NCBI GenBank assembly: GCA_946548085.1
Contig: CAMNPN010000001.1
Location: 5,901-69,900, forward strand
DNA length: 64,000 bases
Reading direction: 5' to 3'
Source: an uncultured Prevotella sp.
Lineage (GTDB): Bacteria; Bacteroidota; Bacteroidia; Bacteroidales; Bacteroidaceae
A program made the position numbers and the translations under genes. Each line of letters starts with the position of its first letter. Position 1 is the stretch's first letter. Shown in pieces: positions 25,212-34,914 of the stretch. Below the pieces are notes generated by a model, which was not told the origin of the DNA, ran no database searches, and saw only the letters and a program-made list of their open reading frames with translations.

Positions 25212-26706
25212 TAGGAGACAGTCGTCGCAGCAGTCATTGGAACTTGCTTACGGTCATGTGATGCCTCAGGCTCCTGAGGTGGAGAAGGCTGTGCTGGGAG
25301 CGCTGATGATAGACAAGGATGCCTATCTGGAGGTGTGCGACCTGTTGAGGCCAGAGAGTTTCTATGAGCCAAGAAACCAGATGGTGTATGAGGCTATTAT
25401 GAAACTCAGCATAGAGGAGAGTCCCGTGGATGTGCTGACGGTGACTGACAAGTTGGGCAAGATGGGGAAACTCGAGGATGTCGGAGGGCCTGGATATATA
25501 GCAGAACTCAGTTCAAGGGTCGCTTCTTCGGCCAATATCGAGTATCATGCCAATGTGGTGGCGGAGAAATATCTGTCGCGCCAGATGATTCATTATGTGG
25601 GAGAGGTAGGAAAGAAGACTTTTGACGAGACATATCCCATCAAGGATGTGGTTAATGATGCACAGGCCAAACTCTTTGAACTGTCTCAGAAGAATATGAA
25701 GAAGGACTATTCCGTGCTTGCTCCTATTCTGGAGAGGGCTGTCAAGTCTGTTCAGGATGCCCACTCTAATACAGGAGGTGTGACGGGTATTCCCACCGGT
25801 TTTTACAAACTGGACGACATCACTTGCGGATGGCAAAAGTCTGATCTTGTGATTATTGCCGGAAGACCTGCTATGGGAAAGACTGCCTTTGCCCTTTCAT
25901 TGGCGAAGAACATCGCTGCGGATCAGAAGATTCCGATGGCATTCTTCTCGTTGGAGATGTCAAGCGAACAACTGGCAAACCGTCTGATGGCTAATGCCTT
26001 TGAGATAGACGGTAAGAAACTCATGAGCGGACAGTTGGATCGTGAAGATTGGAACAGGCTTGATAAGGGTATGAATAATCTCGTAGACGCACCTTTGTAT
26101 ATTGACGATACGGAAGGACTTTCGGTGATGGAACTGAGGACTAAGGCTCGTCGATTGGTAAATGAACACCATGTGCAGTTGATCATGGTGGATTACCTTC
26201 AACTGATGACTGCCAGTGGCATGAGATATAACAGTCGCCAAGAGGAGGTGTCGCTGATTTCCCGATCACTGAAAGGTCTCGCTAAGGAATTGGATATCCC
26301 TGTTCTGGCATTAAGTCAGTTGAACAGAGGGGTAGAGGGAAGAGATGGGGCAGAGGGGAAACGCCCCATGCTTTCTGACCTTCGAGAGTCTGGTGCCATT
26401 GAGCAGGATGCGGATATGGTGGTGTTCTTGCATCGCCCAGAGTATTATGGTATTATGATGAGTGATGACGGCACGAAAGACTATCGAGGGATGGCGGAAG
26501 TGATAATAGCCAAGCATCGTAAAGGTGCAGTTGGTATCAAGTTGTTGAAGTTCAGAGGGGAATACACGCGGTTTGAGAATCCAGAGGATAATATGATTGG
26601 CAATGGTGTTCCCAGCGATGGTGGTGAAATCGTTGGCTCGAAGATCAATGGTGAGAATAGCATGCCCTTCCCGCCACCAGACTCATTCAACTCGTTCAAT
26701 ATTTAA
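25195..26706 (+). CDS. dnaB: Replicative DNA helicase
   Basis: 503 aa. Has the N-terminal domain EVEKAVLGALMIDKDAY, Walker A GRPAMGKTAF, and the SLEMS, DYLQLM and RESGAIEQDAD blocks. Confidence 0.9.
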   Translation: MGTRSDRRQSSQQSLELAYGHVMPQAPEVEKAVLGALMIDKDAYLEVCDLLRPESFYEPRNQMVYEAIMKLSIEESPVDVLTVTDKLGKMGKLEDVGGPGYIAELSSRVASSANIEYHANVVAEKYLSRQMIHYVGEVGKKTFDETYPIKDVVNDAQAKLFELSQKNMKKDYSVLAPILERAVKSVQDAHSNTGGVTGIPTGFYKLDDITCGWQKSDLVIIAGRPAMGKTAFALSLAKNIAADQKIPMAFFSLEMSSEQLANRLMANAFEIDGKKLMSGQLDREDWNRLDKGMNNLVDAPLYIDDTEGLSVMELRTKARRLVNEHHVQLIMVDYLQLMTASGMRYNSRQEEVSLISRSLKGLAKELDIPVLALSQLNRGVEGRDGAEGKRPMLSDLRESGAIEQDADMVVFLHRPEYYGIMMSDDGTKDYRGMAEVIIAKHRKGAVGIKLLKFRGEYTRFENPEDNMIGNGVPSDGGEIVGSKINGENSMPFPPPDSFNSFNI

Positions 26707-26768
26707 AAATAGAAGTGGGAATTTCACCGCAAGCCTTGTGAAGATTTGGGTATGTGGGAAAAGTTTAC

Positions 26769-26776
26769 TAACTTTG
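26769..26776 (+). promoter_or_regulatory. -7 promoter box TAACTTTG ahead of the ftsZ homolog
   Basis: Exact TAnnTTTG match 24 nt upstream of the ATG at 26801. Confidence 0.55.
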
Positions 26777-26800
26777 CAAACGATTTAATGCAAAGTGAAT

Positions 26801-28120
26801 ATGGGCGAGGAAATAATAGAGTTTGACGGCATCAGAGATACGATGCAAGGCATCATCAAGGTGATCGGCGTTGGTGGTGGTGGCTGTAATGCCGTGCGGA
26901 ATATGTATAATGAACAAGTGACGGGCGTCACCTTTGCAGCCTGCAATACGGACAGCCAGTCGCTGAAGGGATCGCCAGTGCCAGTGAAAGTGCTGATGGG
27001 CGAGGGCCTTGGTGCTGGCGGTGACCCTGAGATTGGCAGGTCGGAGGCAGAGAAAAGCATTGACACGCTGAGGGAGATACTGAGCGATGGCACGAAGATG
27101 GTGTTTATCACCGCCAGCATGGGGGGCGGCACGGGTACTGGCTCTGCGCCCGTGGTGGCGCAGGTGGCTCAGGAACTGGGGCTGCTGACGGTGGGGGTGG
27201 TGACCATACCGTTCTATTTCGAACGTAAGCCCAAAATTATCCAGGCTTTGAAGGGTGTTGACGAGATGAGGAAGTATGTGGATGCGATGCTGATCATCAA
27301 TAACGAACGGCTCTGTGACGTGTATTCTGACTCGGAGATCTCGCTGAAAGAGGCGTTCGGACGTGCAGACAATATCCTGAAGGATGCCGTGAAGGGCATC
27401 TCCGAACTGATCACCGTGCATAGCGAAGGCAGTATCAACCTCGACTTCCGTGATGTCGAGGCTACGATGAAAGACGGTGGTGGGGCCATCATGGCGATGG
27501 GACGTGCCAGCGGCGAGCATCGTGTGGAGAAGGCGATCATCGATGCCCTGAACTCACCCTTGCTCTATGGCAACGATATCGGCAAGGCGAAGCGAATCCT
27601 GTTTAATATCTATGCCAGCGATGAGCATCCCATCTTCGTCAGGGAGATGCAGGAGATAGACGATTTCTTCGATCAGTTGGATCCCAATATCAGCGTCATC
27701 TGGGGTACGTCTACTGACGACTCCTTGGGCGAAGATGCCAAGGTGACAATCCTGGCAACAGGCTTGGAGGACGATATGTGCAAAGAAACAGGCCAGGATG
27801 TGCATCGCAATGCTGATGACTATTATGAGGATCTGATACCTAAACTCTATAAGCCTGCCAAGAAGAAGGTGGCAGAGGTCATCACCCAGGAACTGCCATT
27901 CGTTGTGGAACCTGCTGCAGAGCCAGAACCTGCCGTAGTCAGCGAGCCTGTTGACAGTCATGAGGCTACTGTTGAACCTGTGTCTGCGCCGTCTGTAACT
28001 CCTGTGCCCGAGGGGACAAAGGAGCGTGATGAGGATGAACAGGAGGAGCCTGAAGAGTCTACGATGGTGAGCAAGTGGAAGGGCTGGTTGAACAACTTGG
28101 TGAAAGACGTGACAGAATGA
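26801..28120 (+). CDS. ftsZ: FtsZ-family tubulin-like GTPase
   Basis: Contains IKVIGVGGGGCNAV, GLGAGGDPEIG, the tubulin signature SMGGGTGTGSAP and the T7-like NLDFRDV. It has an acidic Pro-rich linker and an amphipathic C-terminal peptide KWKGWLNNLVKDV. There is no ftsA or ftsQ next to it. Confidence 0.9.
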   Translation: MGEEIIEFDGIRDTMQGIIKVIGVGGGGCNAVRNMYNEQVTGVTFAACNTDSQSLKGSPVPVKVLMGEGLGAGGDPEIGRSEAEKSIDTLREILSDGTKMVFITASMGGGTGTGSAPVVAQVAQELGLLTVGVVTIPFYFERKPKIIQALKGVDEMRKYVDAMLIINNERLCDVYSDSEISLKEAFGRADNILKDAVKGISELITVHSEGSINLDFRDVEATMKDGGGAIMAMGRASGEHRVEKAIIDALNSPLLYGNDIGKAKRILFNIYASDEHPIFVREMQEIDDFFDQLDPNISVIWGTSTDDSLGEDAKVTILATGLEDDMCKETGQDVHRNADDYYEDLIPKLYKPAKKKVAEVITQELPFVVEPAAEPEPAVVSEPVDSHEATVEPVSAPSVTPVPEGTKERDEDEQEEPEESTMVSKWKGWLNNLVKDVTE

Positions 28121-28701
28121 GCGAGTTGATCCTTTCACCAGAAGAGGCGGCCCAGGAAGTGAAGCGGCTGACGATGCAACTGCAACAGTCGGGTAGGCAG
28201 GACCTGTTGTTGCATGCACTTGGTGTACCTCTTTTGGAGGAACTCAGAATAGAGGCTGCCAAGGGACGGTTGAGCCGACTGGTGATAACTGAAGACTACC
28301 GATTCGTATTGGAAGACTATCACAAGGAGGTGGAACTGCAGCCTGTGCATAAGGCCGTCTATCTGCTGTTCCTGGCCCATCCGGAGGGTATCGAGTTCAA
28401 GCGCCTGGCGGAGTATCGTGATGAATTGTTGGGCTATTACATGTCTACTGCAAAGATGATGGACAAGGAGAAGGTGATAGAGAGTGTAGACCATCTGACA
28501 GACCCGCTCGACAATGCCATCAACGAGAAATGTTCACGTATCAAGAAGGTGTTTCTTGAACTGATGGATGAGTACTCGGCAAGTTACTATATCATCAGCA
28601 GTCATACGCAGAAACATGTCGTTGGCTCCAGTCGTATCTGGTACGAACGGCTGAAGGTGGTAAGGCTGCCAAGGGAACTGGTGGTGTGGAAAAGAGGGTA
28701 G
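28117..28701 (+). CDS. Uncharacterised protein translationally coupled to the ftsZ homolog (paralog of 24145-24717)
   Basis: 194 aa. Its ATG overlaps the ftsZ TGA (ATGA at 28117-28120). Blocks: VITEDYRFVL, VYLLFLAHPEGI, NAINEKCSRIKKVF, VVWK. Confidence 0.7.
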   Translation: MSELILSPEEAAQEVKRLTMQLQQSGRQDLLLHALGVPLLEELRIEAAKGRLSRLVITEDYRFVLEDYHKEVELQPVHKAVYLLFLAHPEGIEFKRLAEYRDELLGYYMSTAKMMDKEKVIESVDHLTDPLDNAINEKCSRIKKVFLELMDEYSASYYIISSHTQKHVVGSSRIWYERLKVVRLPRELVVWKRG

Positions 28702-28852
28702 GCGGGTGGCCTGTGGGAGTTTAGACGTCGTATAAATTAGATTCTAAACATCGAAATTGTTTGTGGGTATCGGAAATTTGTCGTATATTTGCAAACGAAA
28801 GTTTTTGACGAACTATTCACTCACATTATTAATATTATAAACAAGTACATTT

Positions 28853-29410
28853 ATGAAGAAAAAATTTATTTGCGCCGTTTGTGGATATATCTATGAAGGC
28901 GATGCTGCTCCCGAGAAGTGCCCCATCTGTAAGGCTCCTGCTTCAAAGTTCTCTGAGTTGAAGGATGATGCCGACATGACCTATGCCACTGTTCATAAGA
29001 TTGGTGACGGTAAGCCCGAAGGTGTCAGCGAGGAGATGATTCAGGACCTGCGTAACCACTTCAATGGTGAGTGCGGCGAGGTCGGTATGTATCTGGCCAT
29101 GGCCCGTCAGGCTGACCGTGAGGGCTATCCCGAGATTGCCGAGGCCTTCAAGCGCTATGCTTTCGAGGAGGCTGACCACGCCAGTCGTTTCGCTGAACTG
29201 CTGGGTGAGTGTGTCTGGGATACGAAGACGAACCTGGAGAAGCGTGCCGCTGCTGAGGCTGGTGCCTGCGAGGATAAGTTCCGTATCGCCAAGAACGCCA
29301 AGGCCGCCGGCTTTGACGCTATCCACGACACTGTTCACGAGATGGCCAAGGACGAGGCCCGTCACGGTGCCGGCTTCGCTGGACTGCTGAAGCGTTATTT
29401 CGGTAAGTAA
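28853..29410 (+). CDS. rbr: Rubrerythrin with N-terminal rubredoxin-like domain (reverse domain order)
   Basis: CAVCGY...CPICKA zinc/iron ribbon at the N-terminus, then a ferritin-like di-iron domain ([20 protein letters not shown]). TATATTTG box at 28784-28791. Confidence 0.9.
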   Translation: MKKKFICAVCGYIYEGDAAPEKCPICKAPASKFSELKDDADMTYATVHKIGDGKPEGVSEEMIQDLRNHFNGECGEVGMYLAMARQADREGYPEIAEAFKRYAFEEADHASRFAELLGECVWDTKTNLEKRAAAEAGACEDKFRIAKNAKAAGFDAIHDTVHEMAKDEARHGAGFAGLLKRYFGK

Positions 29411-29449
29411 AACACAATAAACCGACGATTAATCCGTTTTATCATTACG

Positions 29450-30790
29450 ATGAAACGGATTTTTTATTTTCTCGCTATAGCATGGTGCCTGGTGGCTTGT
29501 CAGGATGATGACAAGTTCTCGGCAAGCACCGGCCTGCAACTGACATTCCCCTCTGACACGCTGAAGATGGATACCGTGTTCAGTCGTACCCCTTCCTCTA
29601 CCTACAGCTTCTGGGTACATAATCAGAATGATACGGGCATCCGTATGGAGCGGATACGCCTCAAGAGAGGTAACCAGACGGGCTTCCGGGTGAACGTAGA
29701 CGGCATCTATCTCGACAATGCCAATGGTTCTCAGACGGCTGATGTGGAGATACGGCGCAACGATAGTATCCTTGTATTTGTTGAACTGACACCAGGAGAG
29801 ACTGGTCAGCAGCAACCTGTGTTACTGGAGGATGATCTTGTATTCACCTTTGAAAGCGGCAATGAGCAGAAAGTCTGTCTGCAGGCTTGGGTGTGGGATG
29901 CCAGAAAGCTCTATTCTCCCGTCATTTCCGAAGATACAGTCATCGAGTCGTCTGTGCCACTGGTTGTCTTTGGTGACATGCGTGTTGAGGAGGGAGCCAC
30001 GCTGACGGTAAGAAACACCACGCTGTTCTTCCACGATGGTGCCGGCATAGATGTCTATGGTACCTTACGGGCTGAGGACTGTGTCATGCGTGGTGATCGC
30101 TTGGATGATATGTTCGACTACCTGCCCTACGATCGTATCAGTGGCCAGTGGAACGGCATCCATATCCGTCCTACATCGAAAGACAATGTATTGCTGAGGA
30201 CGGAGATACGGAATCCTCTCTATGGCGTACGCTGTGATTCGGCTGCCTTGGATGTCGATCACTATCGCTTGGAGATGGAGCACTGCGTGATTCATAATTG
30301 CGAAGGTGCAGGTCTTGTTGGAGTCAATGCGTATGTGCGACTGGATCACTGCCAGCTGACCAATACGGGTGGTGACTGCTTTGCATTATACGGTGGAGTG
30401 GCGGAGATAGAGCACTGCACATTTGCACAGTTCTATCCTTTCATTGCCGACCGTGGTGCTGCCTTCCGTTTCACTAACTATCATGGCAATGATACTATAC
30501 CTCTTTATCTATATTGCAGCGGTTCTATTCTTACGGGTTATGCCGACGATGTGGTGATGGGTGAGATGCTTGGCGAAGACGCGGCTACCTTCGACTATAC
30601 ATTTAAGAATTGTCTGATGCGAACACCTGAGGTTGCCGATGAAACCAACCGTTTTGAGGATATCATTTGGGAAACGCCCAAAGACTCCATCCAGGGTACA
30701 AAACATTTTGTTACCATCGACGAGGATAACCTCATCTATGATTTCCACCTCGATTCCTTGTCGACGGCTCAGGGCAAGGGCTGTTATTAG
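29450..30790 (+). CDS. Lipoprotein, possibly right-handed beta-helix fold
   Basis: 446 aa with lipobox LVAC at the end of the signal peptide. Repetitive Gly/Asn-rich beta-type segments. The fold assignment is a guess. Confidence 0.6.
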   Translation: MKRIFYFLAIAWCLVACQDDDKFSASTGLQLTFPSDTLKMDTVFSRTPSSTYSFWVHNQNDTGIRMERIRLKRGNQTGFRVNVDGIYLDNANGSQTADVEIRRNDSILVFVELTPGETGQQQPVLLEDDLVFTFESGNEQKVCLQAWVWDARKLYSPVISEDTVIESSVPLVVFGDMRVEEGATLTVRNTTLFFHDGAGIDVYGTLRAEDCVMRGDRLDDMFDYLPYDRISGQWNGIHIRPTSKDNVLLRTEIRNPLYGVRCDSAALDVDHYRLEMEHCVIHNCEGAGLVGVNAYVRLDHCQLTNTGGDCFALYGGVAEIEHCTFAQFYPFIADRGAAFRFTNYHGNDTIPLYLYCSGSILTGYADDVVMGEMLGEDAATFDYTFKNCLMRTPEVADETNRFEDIIWETPKDSIQGTKHFVTIDEDNLIYDFHLDSLSTAQGKGCY

Positions 30791-31281
30791 AACTCTGAGA
30801 AGGTGAGCGGCATCAGTTGCCTGATTCCATCGATGATATAAACACATCTGCGTCCGTAAAGCAAGATTCGGATGGGATGTTTAGCACGTGTCTCAGACTC
30901 GATGATCACCTGACGGCAACTGCCGCAGGGCCCCGTTGGCTCTTCTGTCATCTCTCCGTCAGTGCCTCTGGCTGCGACGGCAAGCACCTTTACTGGCACG
31001 TCAGGATACAGGGCACCGGCAGCAAACAGTGCCGTCCGCTCTGCACAGAGGCCCGATGGATAGGCGGCATTCTCCTGATTACAGCCTATCACGATCTCAC
31101 CATTTCCCAGCCTGACTGCGGCTCCTACACGAAAGTGGGAGTAGGGGGCATAGCTGCGACGGGTGGCTTCGATGGCCTGCTCTACCAACTGGCGGTCTTC
31201 GGCGCTGAGTTCATCCATCTGGCATTCCTGGATGACGGTTTTAAGTTCTATTTCTTTCATAGATTGAATATTTTTCTGCAA
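30787..31281 (-). CDS. cdd: Cytidine deaminase
   Basis: 164 aa with zinc motifs CAERTALF and PCGSCRQ. TATATTTG box just upstream on the minus strand. Confidence 0.9.
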   Translation of the reverse strand: MQKNIQSMKEIELKTVIQECQMDELSAEDRQLVEQAIEATRRSYAPYSHFRVGAAVRLGNGEIVIGCNQENAAYPSGLCAERTALFAAGALYPDVPVKVLAVAARGTDGEMTEEPTGPCGSCRQVIIESETRAKHPIRILLYGRRCVYIIDGIRQLMPLTFSEF

Positions 31282-31339
31282 ATATACGAATTATTCGAGA
31301 TAATTCATTACTTTTGCACAAAAATTTGAAGAAAACAGC

Positions 31340-32254
31340 ATGAAGAGAGTCTTAACGATACTTTTTGTATTCCAACTGTCGTTTATTGCAGCTCATTCAC
31401 AGTCATCGTGGAACCAGACTTATCAGCAGTATATCAACCAATATAAGGATATCGCCATTGAGCAGATGAAGCGATACCGTATTCCTGCTTCTATCACTCT
31501 GGCTCAGGGACTCTTCGAGAGTGGGGCCGGCAGGAGCGAGTTGGCACTCAAGGGCAATAATCATTTTGGAATCAAGTGTGGTGGTCAGTGGAATGGCTCC
31601 CGAGTCTATCATGACGATGACGCAAATAATGAGTGTTTCAGGGCTTATCGCAATGCGTATGAATCGTTTGAAGACCATTCCAAGTTCCTGTCAGGCGGTC
31701 AGCGATACCGTTCCTTGTTCCAGCTGAAGGTCACCGACTATAAGGGCTGGGCTCGCGGTCTGAAGGCAGCAGGCTATGCCACAAACCCGCAATATGCGCA
31801 GCGGCTGATAGATATCATACAGCTCTACAAACTCTATCGCTATGATAATGCCGACGGTTATGACAAGTTCATGGCCGACCACTTGAAGAATGCGGCTAAT
31901 GGTGTGTCGCTGCACATCATCAAGATCTTCAACAAGAACTATTATGTCATTGTCCGGCGAGGAGATACCTTCAGCTCGATTGCCGATGAAATCGGTATCA
32001 GTGCCCGTAAGTTGGCTAAATACAACGAACGCGACAGGCGTGATGCTCTTGAAGAGGGAGAAATCATCTGGTTGAAGAAGAAACAGAAGAAGGCGCCAAA
32101 GGACTACAAGGGACGGTTGCACTATGTGCGTAACGGAGAGTCTATGTATAGCATTGCGCAGAAGTACGGCATTCGTCTGAAGAACCTGTATAAGATGAAT
32201 AAGCTGGCTCCCGACTATCAGATCAGAGTGGGAGATGCTTTAAGACTGCGATAA
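31340..32254 (+). CDS. Glucosaminidase-domain peptidoglycan hydrolase with two LysM domains
   Basis: Signal peptide, the block ITLAQGLFESGAGRSELALKGNNHFGIKC, and two C-terminal LysM repeats (VRRGDTFSSIADEIG and VRNGESMYSIAQKYG). TACTTTTG box at 31308-31315. Confidence 0.8.
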   Translation: MKRVLTILFVFQLSFIAAHSQSSWNQTYQQYINQYKDIAIEQMKRYRIPASITLAQGLFESGAGRSELALKGNNHFGIKCGGQWNGSRVYHDDDANNECFRAYRNAYESFEDHSKFLSGGQRYRSLFQLKVTDYKGWARGLKAAGYATNPQYAQRLIDIIQLYKLYRYDNADGYDKFMADHLKNAANGVSLHIIKIFNKNYYVIVRRGDTFSSIADEIGISARKLAKYNERDRRDALEEGEIIWLKKKQKKAPKDYKGRLHYVRNGESMYSIAQKYGIRLKNLYKMNKLAPDYQIRVGDALRLR

Positions 32255-32290
32255 AGTATAGGTGAGATTCGTGTAACCGTGTTCTTCCTC

Positions 32291-32364
32291 TGGAGCGGAA
32301 TACGGGAATCGAACCCGCCTCCCAGGCTTGGGAAGCCCGTGCACTACCGATGTGCTAATTCCGC
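32291..32364 (-). tRNA. tRNA-Gly (anticodon CCC)
   Basis: Hand-folded cloverleaf: acceptor gcggaat/attccgc, anticodon loop ttCCCaa, T-loop ttcgatt, encoded CCA. Confidence 0.85.
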
Positions 32365-32392
32365 ATGAAAATAAGTTTTCTGATTACTTTTG

Positions 32393-32465
<73 letters not shown>

Positions 32466-32478
32466 AACCTTTTATTTG

Positions 32479-32551
32479 TACACCCGCAGGGGTTCGAACC
32501 CTGGACACCCTGATTAAGAGTCAGGTGCTCTACCAACTGAGCTACGGGTGC
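32479..32551 (-). tRNA. tRNA-Lys (anticodon CTT), copy 1
   Basis: Acceptor gcacccg/cgggtgt (G1-U72 wobble in my fold), anticodon stem cctga/tcagg with loop ctCTTaa, T-loop ttcgaac. Confidence 0.85.
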
Positions 32552-32594
32552 ATCCGATTTTTCAAAAAGAAAGGAGGGTCGCTTGCCTCCTCTG

Positions 32595-32667
32595 TACACC
32601 CGCAGGGGTTCGAACCCTGGACACCCTGATTAAGAGTCAGGTGCTCTACCAACTGAGCTACGGGTGC
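32595..32667 (-). tRNA. tRNA-Lys (anticodon CTT), copy 2
   Basis: Identical in sequence to 32479-32551. Tandem duplicate with a 43-nt spacer. Confidence 0.85.
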
Positions 32668-32687
32668 ATCTTTTTGTTTTGCGGGTG

Positions 32688-32695
32688 CAAAGGTA
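32688..32695 (-). promoter_or_regulatory. -7 promoter box TACCTTTG of the tRNA cluster
   Basis: Plus-strand caaaggta lies 20 nt upstream of the first tRNA-Lys 5' end. Confidence 0.55.
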
Positions 32696-32754
32696 CATAC
32701 TTTTTTCCATACCACCAAACTTTTTGGTGATTTTCTTCCAAAAAAGTTGTTGCC

Positions 32755-34236
32755 TTATTGCCTGGTGGCGTGAAATCCATCAATATTCTCGTAACGACGC
32801 TTCATCATGCGGTTATAGATGTTGCGGATCCATATCGGATGAGTGCTGATGAAAAGCAGTCCTATCGCAGACATGGCTATAAAAGTGTAGGTGGGGCCCA
32901 CCAGCATAAACCCGAGAGCCGCAATGGCACCGGGGGCAAACAGCGACAGGAGTTCTATCACCAGTTGCATGCCGTTCTCGAAGTTTCCTTTTGCCGTTAT
33001 TTTCTGCTGTAGTGGCAGGGTTTGCTTGTTATACACAGCCAGCTGGAAGATGACGAAATGAAGCAGTCCGGCCGTCAGCAGCATATAGGCCACAAGCATC
33101 AGCAGCGTAAACTTCCCGGTGAACACGGCTGGCAGCATCACCAGGAAGGGAATGAACAGGACGGCACTGTAGAACCAGAACTTTGCTTCCAGCAGGGCGA
33201 TGATATTCTCGCGGTGCATCATCAGCAGGTCGATGTAATTGCCTTCCTGACCCATGATCTTGATAAGTGTCGTCACACTGTAGATGGCAAAGCAGTACAG
33301 GCACCAGAAGTTCTGCATGAACAGGTTGTCGTATATGGGTGTGTATGCCACGAGCATCGAGAACATGACGATGAGGGCTATGCTCATGATGCAGCGTGAG
33401 CGCATGGTCTTGTTCCGGAGATTTGACTTCAGCTCGATCTTCAGATATTCACCCACAAGTCCGAAACGATTCAGGAAGGTGAACTGTGACACATGTCGCA
33501 GCGCGCGCTCCTTCTTTTTTGAGATTTCCTCGTACACATATTTGAACTGGAAGTGCCGGTTTACGAAGAAGAGCAGGGTGATGGCGATGATGACGGCCAG
33601 AAGGAACCACCATGCACGTCCGGCCTCGGCATACATATCGATCATCCGCTCGAATCCCTTTCGATCAAGCCGCAGTATCCAGGGGAGGAAAGGAATGGTA
33701 TATACTGCGACGGCAGCCAGGAACCACACAACCTTCCTGTTGATGAGTGTACGGAAGAACAGGTAGACCTGGCTATTCAGTATGATGAGCAATACGCAGC
33801 AGATGAGTTCCAGCACTATAGGCCAGAAGCCTGCCCCGGCAAAGATGAGGATGATAGAGTAGGGCACGAACATGCAGAGCCAGAGGAAGTTGTACCCGCT
33901 GAGATGTGATGACAGCAAGAAACACTCAATGGCAGAATACCGTGAGATAGGTAGCAGGATATAGGGCTTCACCATCATGCCGGGCGTGGTCTGTATGACA
34001 AATCGGAACAAGAAGTCGATGGCGAGGATGATTGGTATCAACGAGATCATCCGTCCTGCCTCACCCTCGGCGGTCATGGCGATAAGACAGCCATACATGA
34101 TCATATAGAGTGCCAACAGACCAGCGCCGAAATAGGTGAGACCCTTTGCCCACTTGTTCTGCTCGAATACCGGACTGCGCTTGTAACTCAGTGTCGTATT
34201 CTTCCGCAGTAGTCGATACAGTTTGAATCTATTCAT
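32755..34236 (-). CDS. Polytopic inner-membrane protein of unknown function
   Basis: 493 aa, about ten or more hydrophobic helices by eye. No catalytic motif recognised. Confidence 0.7.
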   Translation of the reverse strand: MNRFKLYRLLRKNTTLSYKRSPVFEQNKWAKGLTYFGAGLLALYMIMYGCLIAMTAEGEAGRMISLIPIILAIDFLFRFVIQTTPGMMVKPYILLPISRYSAIECFLLSSHLSGYNFLWLCMFVPYSIILIFAGAGFWPIVLELICCVLLIILNSQVYLFFRTLINRKVVWFLAAVAVYTIPFLPWILRLDRKGFERMIDMYAEAGRAWWFLLAVIIAITLLFFVNRHFQFKYVYEEISKKKERALRHVSQFTFLNRFGLVGEYLKIELKSNLRNKTMRSRCIMSIALIVMFSMLVAYTPIYDNLFMQNFWCLYCFAIYSVTTLIKIMGQEGNYIDLLMMHRENIIALLEAKFWFYSAVLFIPFLVMLPAVFTGKFTLLMLVAYMLLTAGLLHFVIFQLAVYNKQTLPLQQKITAKGNFENGMQLVIELLSLFAPGAIAALGFMLVGPTYTFIAMSAIGLLFISTHPIWIRNIYNRMMKRRYENIDGFHATRQ

Positions 34237-34250
34237 CTGTAAACCGTAAA

Positions 34251-34871
34251 CTATCTCAGGTCGATGATCTCAGCGTGGGGGAAGTCCTTGGCATTGAAGC
34301 GGAACTGACTGTCGCTGGCTGTCTGCTTCTTTAGGTTGGAGATGTCGAAGATGGTCCATTTCTTACCCTGAAGCAGTTTCACCTGTGTGGGGTGATACGT
34401 TTTCTTGTTGACGGTGATGAAAAGTTCTTTGATCTTCTGGTTGGCAGAGGTGGCGGTCAGGTGCACTACGTGACTGCTGCTGCCGCTGTTCATGGTTGCC
34501 TTATAGCCCTTCTTGTAGAGGTTGATGAAGTTGTAGGGATTGATAGCCTGCAACTGCGACTCATTGGGAGTGCTGATATTCACCTCGTCATTGTTCTTCA
34601 TATAAGTCCACTGGGTCTTGCCGTCAAACCAGACGCTGGCCTGCGGTGTGGTGGCATGAAACTTTTTACCTTTGATCACGATGCTGCCGCTGGTACTCCC
34701 CATGCTGCCGGTCATTTTGAAGTCGGCCTTAACGCCTTCCTTCATGGTGACGGTGGCAGCTGCTTTGTCGAGTATGCTTGTAGCCGTTTGGGCATTTAAA
34801 GGTAAAAAGGTAAAAAGGTGAAAGAATAAAATCCCTGCCACCTTTATCCATCTGTTTTTAATTGTAATCAT
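34251..34871 (-). CDS. LolA-like outer-membrane lipoprotein carrier protein
   Basis: 206 aa with a signal peptide. It sits immediately downstream of ftsK, the common ftsK-lolA arrangement, and its size and beta-rich sequence are consistent with the fold. Confidence 0.65.
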   Translation of the reverse strand: MITIKNRWIKVAGILFFHLFTFLPLNAQTATSILDKAAATVTMKEGVKADFKMTGSMGSTSGSIVIKGKKFHATTPQASVWFDGKTQWTYMKNNDEVNISTPNESQLQAINPYNFINLYKKGYKATMNSGSSSHVVHLTATSANQKIKELFITVNKKTYHPTQVKLLQGKKWTIFDISNLKKQTASDSQFRFNAKDFPHAEIIDLR

Positions 34872-34914
34872 CGCTAAACTCTAAACTATGAATTATGAAC
34901 TCTAAATAATGAAC

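Noticed and set aside
26768-28219. Long minus-strand ORFs (26768-27520, 27554-28219) across the ftsZ homolog
   Set aside because: They are antisense to a CDS with unmistakable tubulin/FtsZ signatures, and their products are Arg/His/Pro-rich low-complexity.
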